The notes beneath the pieces are model-generated. The model ran no database searches. It was not told the origin of the DNA and saw nothing but the letters and a program-made list of their open reading frames with translations. From NCBI GenBank assembly GCA_965228735.1, contig OZ245838.1:448001-512000 (forward strand): DNA of 64,000 nucleotides, in the 5' to 3' direction. This document shows, in pieces, positions 19,904 to 29,023 of this stretch. Within the stretch, counting starts at the first letter, position 1, and each line of letters begins with the position of its first letter. The DNA comes from Planctomycetota bacterium (GTDB taxonomy: Bacteria; Planctomycetota; UBA1135; UBA2386). The translations under genes and the position numbers were made by a program.

Positions 19904-21855
19904 ACTCCACTTCGCGAGCAATGAGCCGAACGTCCCTGTTGCTGTGTCTCGGCGCCGGCCTCGGCGTCGCGCCGCACCTCACGGTTCCGGGCGGCGGCCA
20001 GTTCTGGTGGAACCGCAACATCGCCGGCGGCGGCGCCCACGTCTACGAAGGCTGGACGGTGGCGATCGGCGGCGAGATCCCGTGGCGCATCCACATCGTC
20101 GATGACGCGGTCGCGCCGGGCTTCCCGGTGCTCAGTGCGTCGTCGATTCCCGACGTCGACCAGCCCGGCGTGCAGAGCGTCGTGCGCGGGCTGAACGCCT
20201 GGAGCGACGCCAAGGTGCCGGGCCACAACGGCAACGCGTCGCTGCTGCGCTTCACGTCGACGCCGACCCTGTGGCGGGACCCGAGGACGGCGCCTGCCAC
20301 CGTGATGATCGAAGACGGCGTGAACACGGTCTCGATGTGGGTCGACGCTGTGTTCTATGGCGGCGGTGGCACCATCCTCGGCGTCGCGGAGGGCTATCTC
20401 GAAACGAACAACGGCCCCGCGACCGGCGAGCTCGTCGAGTGTGACGTCGCGATCAACGCGACCGAAGTCGATGCGTCCGGCATGCCCGTCTTCAGTTTCC
20501 TCGAGTCCAACACCGCGACGGGTTGGAACGTCGCGAGTGCCGGCATCGAGGTGCCGAGCGGTTCCTACGTCGATCTCCAGGGCGTGCTGACCCACGAGTT
20601 CGGCCACGCCGCGGGCATCGGCCACTCGATGATCGATTCGATCCACTTCACCATGCCGGGACTCTCGTTGATGCACACGCCGACGATGTTCCCGTTTGCG
20701 CAGGTCGAGTACGCGACCGATCGGGTCGTGACCCGCGTGTCGGGAACGGCACCCCCGTTTGCGTTCGAGGACGCCAGCACCGACTTCTCGGCGACCGACA
20801 CCGGGGGCCTGATGGGCAGCTCGGCGGCCACGCTCGAGGTCGACGACATCGCCGCGCTCGGCGTCGCCTACCCGATCGGGTCGACCAGCGACTTCGCGAC
20901 CAAGCTCGGCACGATCAAGGGGCGCGTCCTGGGCCAATACGGCAACTACCCGGCCAACGGCGTGCACGTGACCGCGGTGCGCAAGCTCGATCCCGATGTG
21001 ACGCGGGTCTCACGCCTGACCGACAACTTCGGCAACTACGAGATCCAGGGTCTGCCGCCCGGCGACTACCACGTCTACATCGAGGGGGCGGACATCACCG
21101 AGGCGACCGTCAAGACCGGGCAGGCCGTCAAGTGGAAGGTCGGCTACCTCGGCACCACGATCCCGACGACCGGTCCGATCACCAACACGGTCGCGAACGG
21201 TGCGTTGCCGCAATACATCGAACAGGCGTACGCCGCGTCAGGGAACTTCGACGGCGCCCCGATCCAGCACCTCGAAACGCAGTTCTACACCGGCGCGACG
21301 AACAAGCATCCGGCGCAGGCCGCGACAGTGGGCGTCGTCGCCGGTCAGACCGCGACCCTGACCGACATCTGGGTCTACCATGACGACAATGCCGCGTCGC
21401 ACGACGACTTCCGCATCCTGCCGGGCGCTTGGATCACCCCGCCGACGGGCCACTACCGGCAATGGGAGAGCGGCAGCGGCCGTGGGCTCAATGTCCCCTT
21501 CACGACGGGAATGACGATCTCGCTCGAGCACCGGGCCAACGTCGGCACGTCGCCGTATCTCGACACCGTGACCTGCTGGGTGTCACGGGCGCGCTCGTTC
21601 AGCCCATACATGAACCCCGGGAAGTCGATCCCGCACGTCTTCCAACTCAACATGGACCCGGCGGTCTTCGAACAGGTGGACCTGAAGTTGCCGCAGGGCG
21701 GCAACCAATTCGTGTTCGACTTCAAGCCGCAAGCCGACGATCGCAACCAGATCCTGTTCTTCCAGACCGTCGAACGCCGGGTCGAGGGCCATGGCGAGAA
21801 CCAGAAAGTGCACTTCGTGCCGTCTGGCAACGTGATCAGCGTGCACCTGAATTGA
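19900..21855 (+). CDS. Metzincin (matrixin/M10-like) zinc metalloprotease with carboxypeptidase-regulatory-like domain
   Basis: HEFGHAAGIGHS (HExxHxxGxxH), Met-turn TMFP, and GTIKGRV...TDNFGNYEIQGLPPGDY. Confidence 0.85.
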   Translation: MNSTSRAMSRTSLLLCLGAGLGVAPHLTVPGGGQFWWNRNIAGGGAHVYEGWTVAIGGEIPWRIHIVDDAVAPGFPVLSASSIPDVDQPGVQSVVRGLNAWSDAKVPGHNGNASLLRFTSTPTLWRDPRTAPATVMIEDGVNTVSMWVDAVFYGGGGTILGVAEGYLETNNGPATGELVECDVAINATEVDASGMPVFSFLESNTATGWNVASAGIEVPSGSYVDLQGVLTHEFGHAAGIGHSMIDSIHFTMPGLSLMHTPTMFPFAQVEYATDRVVTRVSGTAPPFAFEDASTDFSATDTGGLMGSSAATLEVDDIAALGVAYPIGSTSDFATKLGTIKGRVLGQYGNYPANGVHVTAVRKLDPDVTRVSRLTDNFGNYEIQGLPPGDYHVYIEGADITEATVKTGQAVKWKVGYLGTTIPTTGPITNTVANGALPQYIEQAYAASGNFDGAPIQHLETQFYTGATNKHPAQAATVGVVAGQTATLTDIWVYHDDNAASHDDFRILPGAWITPPTGHYRQWESGSGRGLNVPFTTGMTISLEHRANVGTSPYLDTVTCWVSRARSFSPYMNPGKSIPHVFQLNMDPAVFEQVDLKLPQGGNQFVFDFKPQADDRNQILFFQTVERRVEGHGENQKVHFVPSGNVISVHLN

Positions 21856-22005
21856 CCGGTGAGTCTGGCCCGTGGTTGGTGCTGCCGCCCGGGTCAGACT
21901 TGACTCGATCGAGGGCGTGAATCTCGATGATCTCGGCGTAGCCCGCGACCGCACGATGGGCGGCTCTATCGCGGAGCTCGACCGGCAACATCATTGCTCC
22001 TATCG

Positions 22006-23187
22006 CTACATCCTCTCACGTCTGGGGGCCTCCGAGAAACCCGGGGCGCTTCGATCCTGGGGGTGAGGATGTTGGTCGGGATGCGGATGTCCGTGCCCGT
22101 GCGGGGGACCGCCGGGCCCCGGATCGTCGGGCGCGTTGGGCATCGCGATCGTGCCAGGCACCCCGCGCAGCGTGCGCAGGATCCGGTTCGAGCCGGGTGC
22201 GCCGACGTGGTAGTGGTAGCCGCGGATCCCGTCCGTATGCCCGCCGAATTCGTCCAGCCCCGCCGCTGGTCGCCCTCGCTCGTCCCGTTCGGCGAAGATG
22301 CCGAACCCGTCCATGGCGTAGCCGATCATCGGCGCGTGCTCGTCGGGTTGCTCGACCTTCTTGGTGTGGCCGGTCGCAGCGTGGTAGTGGTAGCCGGCGA
22401 ACGGGTTGAGGTGTCCGCCGCCGTCGTCGAGCGGTGCGAGCGTGTGTGCGCTGAGGATCGCCTCGACGGGTGCAGGCGGGTCGAACTTGACGCCGTTGAA
22501 GGCGACGCCGACCGGCGCGTGCGGTGTTCTGATCCGCTGGCGTGCGAACCGTGGCTGGACCGGGATGACGTAGGTCGTGACGAATCTGTCGGTGTACCAG
22601 GATGGATCACCTTCGACGACGTGGTTCTGGTAGCGCGGGTCGACGTCGGGTCGGGCGGCGGCCTCGAAGGCCTCGCGCGTGTCGGTGTAGCGCACCGAGC
22701 CATCCTCGCGGACGAGGTCCCACTCAGGGTCGTTGAAGAACGACGGCGCGTTCTTGACGAAGGGGCCGTCGACGTCGCGCAGCTTGCCTTCGTGCATCCA
22801 GACGCCTCCCTTCTCGGGACCGTCGGTGACGTGGCGCGGGCTCCAGGGGCCCATCGCGTGCTCGGTGGGTTCCGACTTCGTGGTGATCACGTAGCACGGA
22901 GTCACGGTGCCGTCCGACAACTCGCGTTCCTCGATCCGGATCTCCTCGAGCAGCGCCGCGCGAATGAAGTGGGAAGGATCGACTGGCTTGCACTGTTCAT
23001 CCGTCGAGCTGGCCAGACCTTGATCCGCGGCGGGCGCTGGGACATGTGGGCTAGCCGTGCACGAGCTGAACAGCAGGGCTCCGAGGAGTGCCCACGCGAC
23101 CGGGCTGGGGCCTCGGCGTAGACGCTTGCCCGCCGTGAACTGCGTCCTCCACGAGGAAGGAAGGGGAGCCTTCGAGGTGTGTGCCAT
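22006..23187 (-). CDS. YHYH domain protein, probable lipoprotein
   Basis: GVAFNGV, GYHYH twice, IGYAMDGFGIF, LDEFGGH. His/Pro-rich tail. Confidence 0.88.
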   Translation of the reverse strand: MAHTSKAPLPSSWRTQFTAGKRLRRGPSPVAWALLGALLFSSCTASPHVPAPAADQGLASSTDEQCKPVDPSHFIRAALLEEIRIEERELSDGTVTPCYVITTKSEPTEHAMGPWSPRHVTDGPEKGGVWMHEGKLRDVDGPFVKNAPSFFNDPEWDLVREDGSVRYTDTREAFEAAARPDVDPRYQNHVVEGDPSWYTDRFVTTYVIPVQPRFARQRIRTPHAPVGVAFNGVKFDPPAPVEAILSAHTLAPLDDGGGHLNPFAGYHYHAATGHTKKVEQPDEHAPMIGYAMDGFGIFAERDERGRPAAGLDEFGGHTDGIRGYHYHVGAPGSNRILRTLRGVPGTIAMPNAPDDPGPGGPPHGHGHPHPDQHPHPQDRSAPGFSEAPRRERM

Positions 23188-23200
23188 GGAGTTGTTCTTG

Positions 23201-23752
23201 CTACGGAACGATGGTCTCGACCGTGGGCTCGGAGCCAGGGGCGGATCCGCCGAGGTTGTCTCGGAGCTTGCGAAGTAGGCGATGACTGCTGCGGAGCTGC
23301 GTTCGGGTCAGGCCCGCGATCAGGACCTGCTCGACCTCGTCGACCAAGGCGCGTGCGGCGGCGCCTTTCCGGCGCCCCTTGCGAGTGAGCAAGACCCGCA
23401 CGACCCGCTCGTCCTCGGTGTCGACCCGTCGCTCGATGAGACCCGCTTCATCCATGCGCTTGAGGATCCCGCTCACGGTAGGCGCGGCGATGTTCATCAT
23501 CGACGTCAATGAACGTTGGCTCACACCGTCGCCCCACTCGAGCAGGTGCAGCACCTGACCCTGGGCAGGATGGAGACCGAGGTCGTCGAAACCGCGGCGC
23601 AGGAGGTCGTCGAGCAACTTGCCGGTGTGCTGCAGCAGAATCGTCAGCGTGAACGCGGGCCCCGCTTGGTCCTCGTCGGACCGCGGTCGCGCGCGAGCCG
23701 ACGGCCTCGCTGCGGCCGCAGAGCGACCTTTGCCCGTTCGTTCGCCTGTCAT
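23201..23752 (-). CDS. MarR family transcriptional regulator
   Basis: GLHPAQGQVL, SQRSLT, PTVSGILKRMDEAGLIERRVDTEDERVVRVLLT. Confidence 0.9.
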   Translation of the reverse strand: MTGERTGKGRSAAAARPSARARPRSDEDQAGPAFTLTILLQHTGKLLDDLLRRGFDDLGLHPAQGQVLHLLEWGDGVSQRSLTSMMNIAAPTVSGILKRMDEAGLIERRVDTEDERVVRVLLTRKGRRKGAAARALVDEVEQVLIAGLTRTQLRSSHRLLRKLRDNLGGSAPGSEPTVETIVP

Positions 23753-23772
23753 GATGTGTAGCATGCTAACAA
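23753..23772. promoter_or_regulatory. Candidate MarR operator GATGTGTAGCATGCTAACAA
   Basis: Contains the perfect palindrome TAGCATGCTA and abuts the marR start codon. Identical 20-mer at 28870. Confidence 0.7.
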
Positions 23773-23899
23773 GGCGAGGATGGGGGCGGAAGGACCAACA
23801 CGAGTCCGGAGCCGTGGGACTCCCGCCGACCTTGTGCGCGGGATCGAGGGGTGGCCGTGTGGTCGAACCAGCGCTCCTTCGACGGCGCGGCGGGCCCGG

Positions 23900-24147
23900 T
23901 CATGCAGGGCGCTCTTGCCGAGGAGGATGCCCGAACCTGCGTGAGTACTCGCGACTGAATTGGCTTACGCTCTGATAGCCGACTTCGAAGGCCGCGTCCG
24001 AGACGGTGCATCGGCCGCTCCTGAGCAGTCGCTGCGCCTCGAAGAGCCGCAGGTCTTTCTGGAACTGCAGGGGCGTCGTCGATGTCACGGTCTTGAAGTG
24101 CTCGTGGAACGTCGACGTACTCATGGCCGCGAGTCGGGCGACGTCTG
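23900..24147 (-). pseudogene. C-terminal HTH fragment of an AraC (YqhC-like) regulator
   Basis: AAMSTSTFHEHFK...TPLQFQKDLRLFEAQRLL...VGYQSVSQFSREYSRRFG, with the N-terminal domain missing. Confidence 0.75.
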
Positions 24148-24212
24148 GAGGGCCGCGGAGGACAGGGGCTTCAGTAGGAGTTGCATCAGGCGATTCAGCA
24201 GGTGTTTCATGA

Positions 24213-24635
24213 TCAGCTCGGCCGGGTGTCAGAAGCTCCTGGGAGCGACCGTTCAGGCCGCTTGGCGGCGCGCGACGGCACGGCGGCGAGGACCGCCGCT
24301 TGCAACGGCGGCAGCTCGCGCAACACACAGCGAACGCGATCCCGGACGGCGAACACCCCGCCGATGCCCGCCTCGGGGTCGATCCATGGCGTGAATCCGA
24401 GCGCGCCGGGGTCCATGCAGCGCTGGAACCCGACTCCGCCGCATCGGACCGCCTCGAGGTTGCCATGCAGGCTGCGGTGCCACTCGTCGTCAGGTCGAAC
24501 GACTGTGAGCCCGGCGCCGTCGAGTTCGAGGTTCGACGCAATCGTGTCGGTCGCTTCGCGCACGCTCGGCAGTCCGGGTTGCTGTGGCAAGCACGAGCAA
24601 CTCCGGAAGGAAACGGCGGTCAGTAGGGCGAGCAT
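24213..24635 (-). pseudogene. Internally deleted serine hydrolase (beta-lactamase-like) gene
   Basis: N-terminal segment (LDGAGLTVVR) joins directly to the C-terminal segment (DPGALGFTPWIDPEAGIGGVF). The catalytic SxxK core is absent. Confidence 0.55.
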
Positions 24636-24763
24636 CGCCGCACTGTTGTCGGTCGCCGGTCGCACGGGGACCGGCTCGGCGAGTTTCCCGACCGGTGAAG
24701 CGCCGGCACCATCGGCGACGCTCACGCCATCGGCTGGCGAACGGTACGGAAGACGCGCCCCCG

Positions 24764-25897
24764 CTACTGGCACAGCGTGATGCGCAACCCTTGCGTCAGG
24801 GCGAACCCGAAAAACGTCCCGGCCCCATCGAGCACTCCGGCCTGCGCCACCAGCGGCAGACCGTGGAATGACGGGTCCGACGGTAGCCCGAACGTCCAGG
24901 TGTGCTCGCCTTGACCGTCGGTGACGCCGATCAAAGTGGCGAACGGCTGAACGAGCAGCGGCGAACTCGTCGCGGCACCGCCGACACCGTGCACGACCAG
25001 CACATTCGGCGGCCCATCGGCGAACCGCACCCCGAACGCCTGATTGCCGAGAATCGGCAGGCCACCGTCGGGGGAGAGGGTCGGGATGGCAGCGCTGCCT
25101 TGGGTCCCTGCTCCGAGCGGAATCGTCGAACAACCTCGCAACTCGCGCCAGAGCAGGTTGTACCAGGCCTCGGCCATCAGCGCGTCGCCCTGCGCGTTGG
25201 TGTGGGCGTTGTCGGGCGCGTAGCACGCAGGATGGCAGCACCAGTGGAGATCGTGCTGTTCGGGTCCGGCCTTGATCCAGTCGCGGTTGCTCGCCGCGGC
25301 GACCGTGCCGACGAGGTGCTCGACCGCCGCGCGTTCGTGGAAGCACGGGAGTACGTTGGCGGGCTTGTAGCGGTGGCTGCTGAAGTAGACCATCGCGGCC
25401 CCGGCGCCGTTGTCGTAGCAGTGGTCGGCGATGTCGATGAGGTTGGTCACGAAGGTGTCGAAGTTCGGATTGCCGGGCGCCGGCGTCTGGATCGGGAACG
25501 TGACGTTGTTCGAGAACAGCCCGAGCACGATCGTCGGGTGCTGTCGCGTCGCGAGCATGTTGGCGATCGCCTGATGGCCCTGAGTGCCCGGCGTGGCCCA
25601 GCGATAGGCCTGGTGACCCCCGATCCACCGGTTCGTCACCACGAATGCGACGCCGGGCAGCGGCGGCGCCGCGTTGAGCATCGACTGCAAGAACGTGTGG
25701 TAGCCGCGATTCTCACTGTGGCCGAGGATCTCGATCTGCACCGTGTTGGTCGAGCCGAGCGATAGAACCTGCGGCGCGGCGCTGTTGACGGCCGCGATCG
25801 GCGAGCCCGGTACCAGGGCGCCGCACGGGTTTGGAACGGTCTGCGCCGTCAGGCTGGCGGTGCAGTAGAGCGCGGTGAGAAGGCGTGCTGTCGACAT
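24764..25897 (-). CDS. Secreted SGNH/GDSL-like hydrolase with C-terminal appended domain
   Basis: ILGHS block I and DNAHTN block V-like motifs, with a signal peptide. Confidence 0.6.
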   Translation of the reverse strand: MSTARLLTALYCTASLTAQTVPNPCGALVPGSPIAAVNSAAPQVLSLGSTNTVQIEILGHSENRGYHTFLQSMLNAAPPLPGVAFVVTNRWIGGHQAYRWATPGTQGHQAIANMLATRQHPTIVLGLFSNNVTFPIQTPAPGNPNFDTFVTNLIDIADHCYDNGAGAAMVYFSSHRYKPANVLPCFHERAAVEHLVGTVAAASNRDWIKAGPEQHDLHWCCHPACYAPDNAHTNAQGDALMAEAWYNLLWRELRGCSTIPLGAGTQGSAAIPTLSPDGGLPILGNQAFGVRFADGPPNVLVVHGVGGAATSSPLLVQPFATLIGVTDGQGEHTWTFGLPSDPSFHGLPLVAQAGVLDGAGTFFGFALTQGLRITLCQ

Positions 25898-26070
25898 GGC
25901 GAGGTGCGGCAGGGGGCGGGGATCCTGGCGGGCACACGGATGAGGCTACCCGGCGGTCAGGGGCACCGGTGGCTGTTGTCGGTCGTGGTTCGCATGGGGA
26001 CGGGAGAATGAGGAAAAGCGTCGGCTCGGAGGATTGCTCGGGAGTTGCACGAGCTTGTGTGGAACCCGCG

Positions 26071-27434
26071 GGGAGTGTGCGATGAACGGTGTATTCGCGT
26101 GACGGCTGGTGGGATCCTCTGACCCGTAGGGAGCCCACCGATGACCCCGAAGAAGAATGACCGCCACCGAATCCCGGACGAGCTGATCGACCAGCTCCTC
26201 GCCAACTACGAGAAGCCAGAAGACCTGACAGGAAAGGACGGCATCCTCAAGGAGCTGACGGCCCGGCTGCTCGGCCGAGCCCTCGAAGGCGAGATGACCG
26301 AGCACCTCGGCTACGAGAAGCACGCACCGCGTGCCGAGGGCACGAGCAACGCGCGCAACGGATCACGCAGCAAGACGATCAAGGTCGAGGACGGCGAGCT
26401 CGAGATCGAGGTGCCGCGCGATCGCGACAGCACGTTCGAGCCCGAGATCGTCAAGAAGCGCCAGAGACGCTTCGCGGGCTTCGACGAGAAGATCCTGGCG
26501 CTCTACGCCCGCGGCATGACCGTCCGCGACATCCAGGGCCACCTGGAGGAGCTGTACGGCGTCGAGGTCTCGCCATCGCTGATCTCGAGCGCCACGTCGG
26601 CGGTCCACGAAGACGTCCTGGCCTGGCAGAGCCGGCCGCTCGAGCCGGTCTACCCGATCGTCTTCCTCGATGCGCTCGTCGTGAAGGTGCGCGACGAAAG
26701 CGTCGTCCGAAACAAGTCGGTTTACCTGGCGATCGGCGTCACGCTCGACGGCCGCCGCGAAGTCCTCGGGATCTGGATCGAGCAGACGGAGGGCGCCAAG
26801 TTCTGGCTGAAGGTCATGAACGAGCTGAAGACGCGGGGCGTCCAGGACATCCTGATTGCGTGCTGCGATGGCCTGAAGGGCTTCCCGGACGCGATCGAGC
26901 ACGTGTTCCCGCAGGCCACCGTGCAGACCTGCATCGTGCACATGATCCGGAACTCGCTGCGCTTCGTCAGCTACAAGGATCGCAAGGCCGTCGCCAAGGA
27001 CCTCAAGCCGATCTACACGGCGGCCAACCGTGAAGCCGCCGAGGCAGCGCTGGATGCCTTCGACAAGAAGTGGGGCCGCCGCTACGAGATGATCACCTCG
27101 TCCTGGCGAGCGAACTGGGAGCGTGTCGTGCCGTTCCTCGACTTCCCGCCCGAGGTCCGGCGCGTGATCTACACGACCAACCAGATCGAGGCGCTCAACT
27201 CGAGCCTGCGCAAGCTGCTGCAGTACCGCGGCCACTTCCCGGACGACAAGTCCGTCACCAAGCTGCTCTACCTCGCGCTGCGTCGCTTCGAGAAGAAGTG
27301 GACGCGTGCGCTCTGGAATTGGAGCGCCGTCCTCGGGCAGCTCGCTATCTTCTTTCAAGGCAGGATACCTGCCCTGTAACCGTGACCTCACTCCGCCAGC
27401 TGGTCGCCGTTTACACCGTTAGCTGCACACTCCC
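26071..27434 (+). mobile_element. IS256-family insertion sequence, intact copy 1
   Basis: Imperfect terminal IRs GGGAGTGTGC...AACGGTGTA / TACACCGTT...GCACACTCCC. 8-bp target duplication AACCCGCG at 26063-26070 and 27435-27442. Confidence 0.95.
26141..27379 (+). CDS. IS256 family (Mutator-type DDE) transposase
   Basis: RNG, VPRDR, LYARGMTVRDI, VFLDA, CCDGLKGF, QTCIVH and YTTNQIE motifs. Confidence 0.97.
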   Translation: MTPKKNDRHRIPDELIDQLLANYEKPEDLTGKDGILKELTARLLGRALEGEMTEHLGYEKHAPRAEGTSNARNGSRSKTIKVEDGELEIEVPRDRDSTFEPEIVKKRQRRFAGFDEKILALYARGMTVRDIQGHLEELYGVEVSPSLISSATSAVHEDVLAWQSRPLEPVYPIVFLDALVVKVRDESVVRNKSVYLAIGVTLDGRREVLGIWIEQTEGAKFWLKVMNELKTRGVQDILIACCDGLKGFPDAIEHVFPQATVQTCIVHMIRNSLRFVSYKDRKAVAKDLKPIYTAANREAAEAALDAFDKKWGRRYEMITSSWRANWERVVPFLDFPPEVRRVIYTTNQIEALNSSLRKLLQYRGHFPDDKSVTKLLYLALRRFEKKWTRALWNWSAVLGQLAIFFQGRIPAL

Positions 27435-27511
27435 AACCCGCGCCGCGGCCGTTTGCATTGCTGGGCGAACTCGATGCAGGCATCTGCCGATACCGTTGGG
27501 CGCGAGCCAGC

Positions 27512-27530
27512 CCGTTGGCTGCACACTCCC
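27512..27530 (+). repeat. Orphan copy of the IS256 right-end inverted repeat
   Basis: CCGTTGGCTGCACACTCCC matches the IS end CCGTTAGCTGCACACTCCC at 18 of 19 positions. Confidence 0.6.
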
Positions 27531-27562
27531 CTCGGCCATCGACGAAAGTCGGGAAAGTCACA

Positions 27563-28552
27563 ATGCTCCGAGATCTCGCCATTGTCGCGTCGCTCTTGAT
27601 CGTCGTTCTGCTCTGCCTGTCACGCAGTGTCGTTTCACAGGAGTCGGTCATCGATCGGCCGATCAACCTCGACAAGACCCGGGATCGCAACGTCCCGGTC
27701 ACCTTCCATCTCCCGGACCGGAAAGAGCCGGCCGCTCAGCCACTGGTAATCTTCTCGCACGGAGCGGCAGGCACTCGCGATGGGTTGTTCGCTCTCGCCT
27801 CAGAGACCGCGCGGCAGGGCTACGTTGTCATGTGTCTCGAGCACGTTACCAGCAACCTCGACGCCATCCGAAGCCGGATGCGAGCCGGGCGGCTTGGTTT
27901 CAAGGGCGCCCTGATCGCCTGTGGCCAGGACGAAGTGCCGCGGAGGAACCGGCCGCTCGACGTGCGATTCGCGATCGACCTCGCCGAGAAGCTCAACCGC
28001 GACGGCGCGAGGCTCGAGGGCCGGATGGATCTGTCGAAGATCGCGATTCTCGGACACTCCTATGGCGCGTACACCGCTATGGCCTGCTGCGGTGTGAAGC
28101 CCGTTGAGATCGCGGGTGACCTGACCGAACCGCGAATCAAGCTGGGCATAGCCCTCAGCCCCCAGGCCGGAAACGGGCACTTCTTCGACGAGACCAGTTT
28201 CGTCAACGTCCGCGTACCGTTCGTGGGGATCACCGGCACGAAAGACATGACGCGCTTCATCGCATCCATCGACGAGCGCAGAGACTTCTTCGAGCTGATG
28301 CCGAGAGGTGACAAGCACCTCTTGTGGATTCACGACGCGGGCCACTTCAGCTTCTCGGATTCCACCGGTTCGGGCCGTCGAGCCGTGATTCCACCCGACC
28401 GGGACGTAACTCAGGCGTTGAAGACCATTGTCCCGAGCATTCTGGATGCCTACTTGCGTGGCGAACCGGCGTTGGACGAAGCAGCCCGCAAGGCGCTCGT
28501 CAGCGAGAGTCTTGGCGGCACGGTTCAGCGGATCGAGTGGGAGGTAAGGTAG
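27563..28552 (+). CDS. Secreted alpha/beta hydrolase (dienelactone hydrolase / PAF-AH-like)
   Basis: [13 protein letters not shown] nucleophile elbow, ITGTKD and AGHFSF. Confidence 0.88.
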   Translation: MLRDLAIVASLLIVVLLCLSRSVVSQESVIDRPINLDKTRDRNVPVTFHLPDRKEPAAQPLVIFSHGAAGTRDGLFALASETARQGYVVMCLEHVTSNLDAIRSRMRAGRLGFKGALIACGQDEVPRRNRPLDVRFAIDLAEKLNRDGARLEGRMDLSKIAILGHSYGAYTAMACCGVKPVEIAGDLTEPRIKLGIALSPQAGNGHFFDETSFVNVRVPFVGITGTKDMTRFIASIDERRDFFELMPRGDKHLLWIHDAGHFSFSDSTGSGRRAVIPPDRDVTQALKTIVPSILDAYLRGEPALDEAARKALVSESLGGTVQRIEWEVR

Positions 28553-28869
28553 GCACGGTCAGCGCTCGCCAACGGTGTCGAGCAGGGTGTGCCGCTGGAT
28601 CCGGCCTCGGGATTGATCCTTCGGAATCGAAGCCGGTCTCGGCACGCCGCCTCTTCCCGGGCGATCGAGTTCGCCGCTGCCTGCGACATGGGGGCGGCCG
28701 GAACGGCCTCCGCGGTCGGTGCTTGCGGTCACCGTTCCCCCAACCTGAGCAGCGCGTCCTGGTGACTTGCTTCGGACCTCTCGTCGATCGCCGACATCGA
28801 GTCTGCGCACGCGACGACGCGGTCGCGGTCTGCGACGTCCGTGCGTGCCGATACGCGATGGCGTTGCAC

Positions 28870-28889
28870 GATGTGTAGCATGCTAACAA
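28870..28889. promoter_or_regulatory. Second copy of the candidate MarR operator, upstream of the peroxidase
   Basis: Identical 20-mer to 23753-23772. Confidence 0.7.
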
Positions 28890-29023
28890 AAGGAGACTAG
28901 GAGGGGGAAGGGATGGCCGGATCCGACGTCTCAGGTTCGTGCCGGTCGATCGCGAGACTGCGCCGATCGTGGTCACGATCCGGCCCGGCTCTCTTCACAG
29001 ACCCCAGCTTGAAAGGTGATGCG

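Noticed and set aside
28729..28869. 46-codon minus-strand ORF starting at the second MarR-type site
   Set aside because: Short, with no recognisable similarity or motif.
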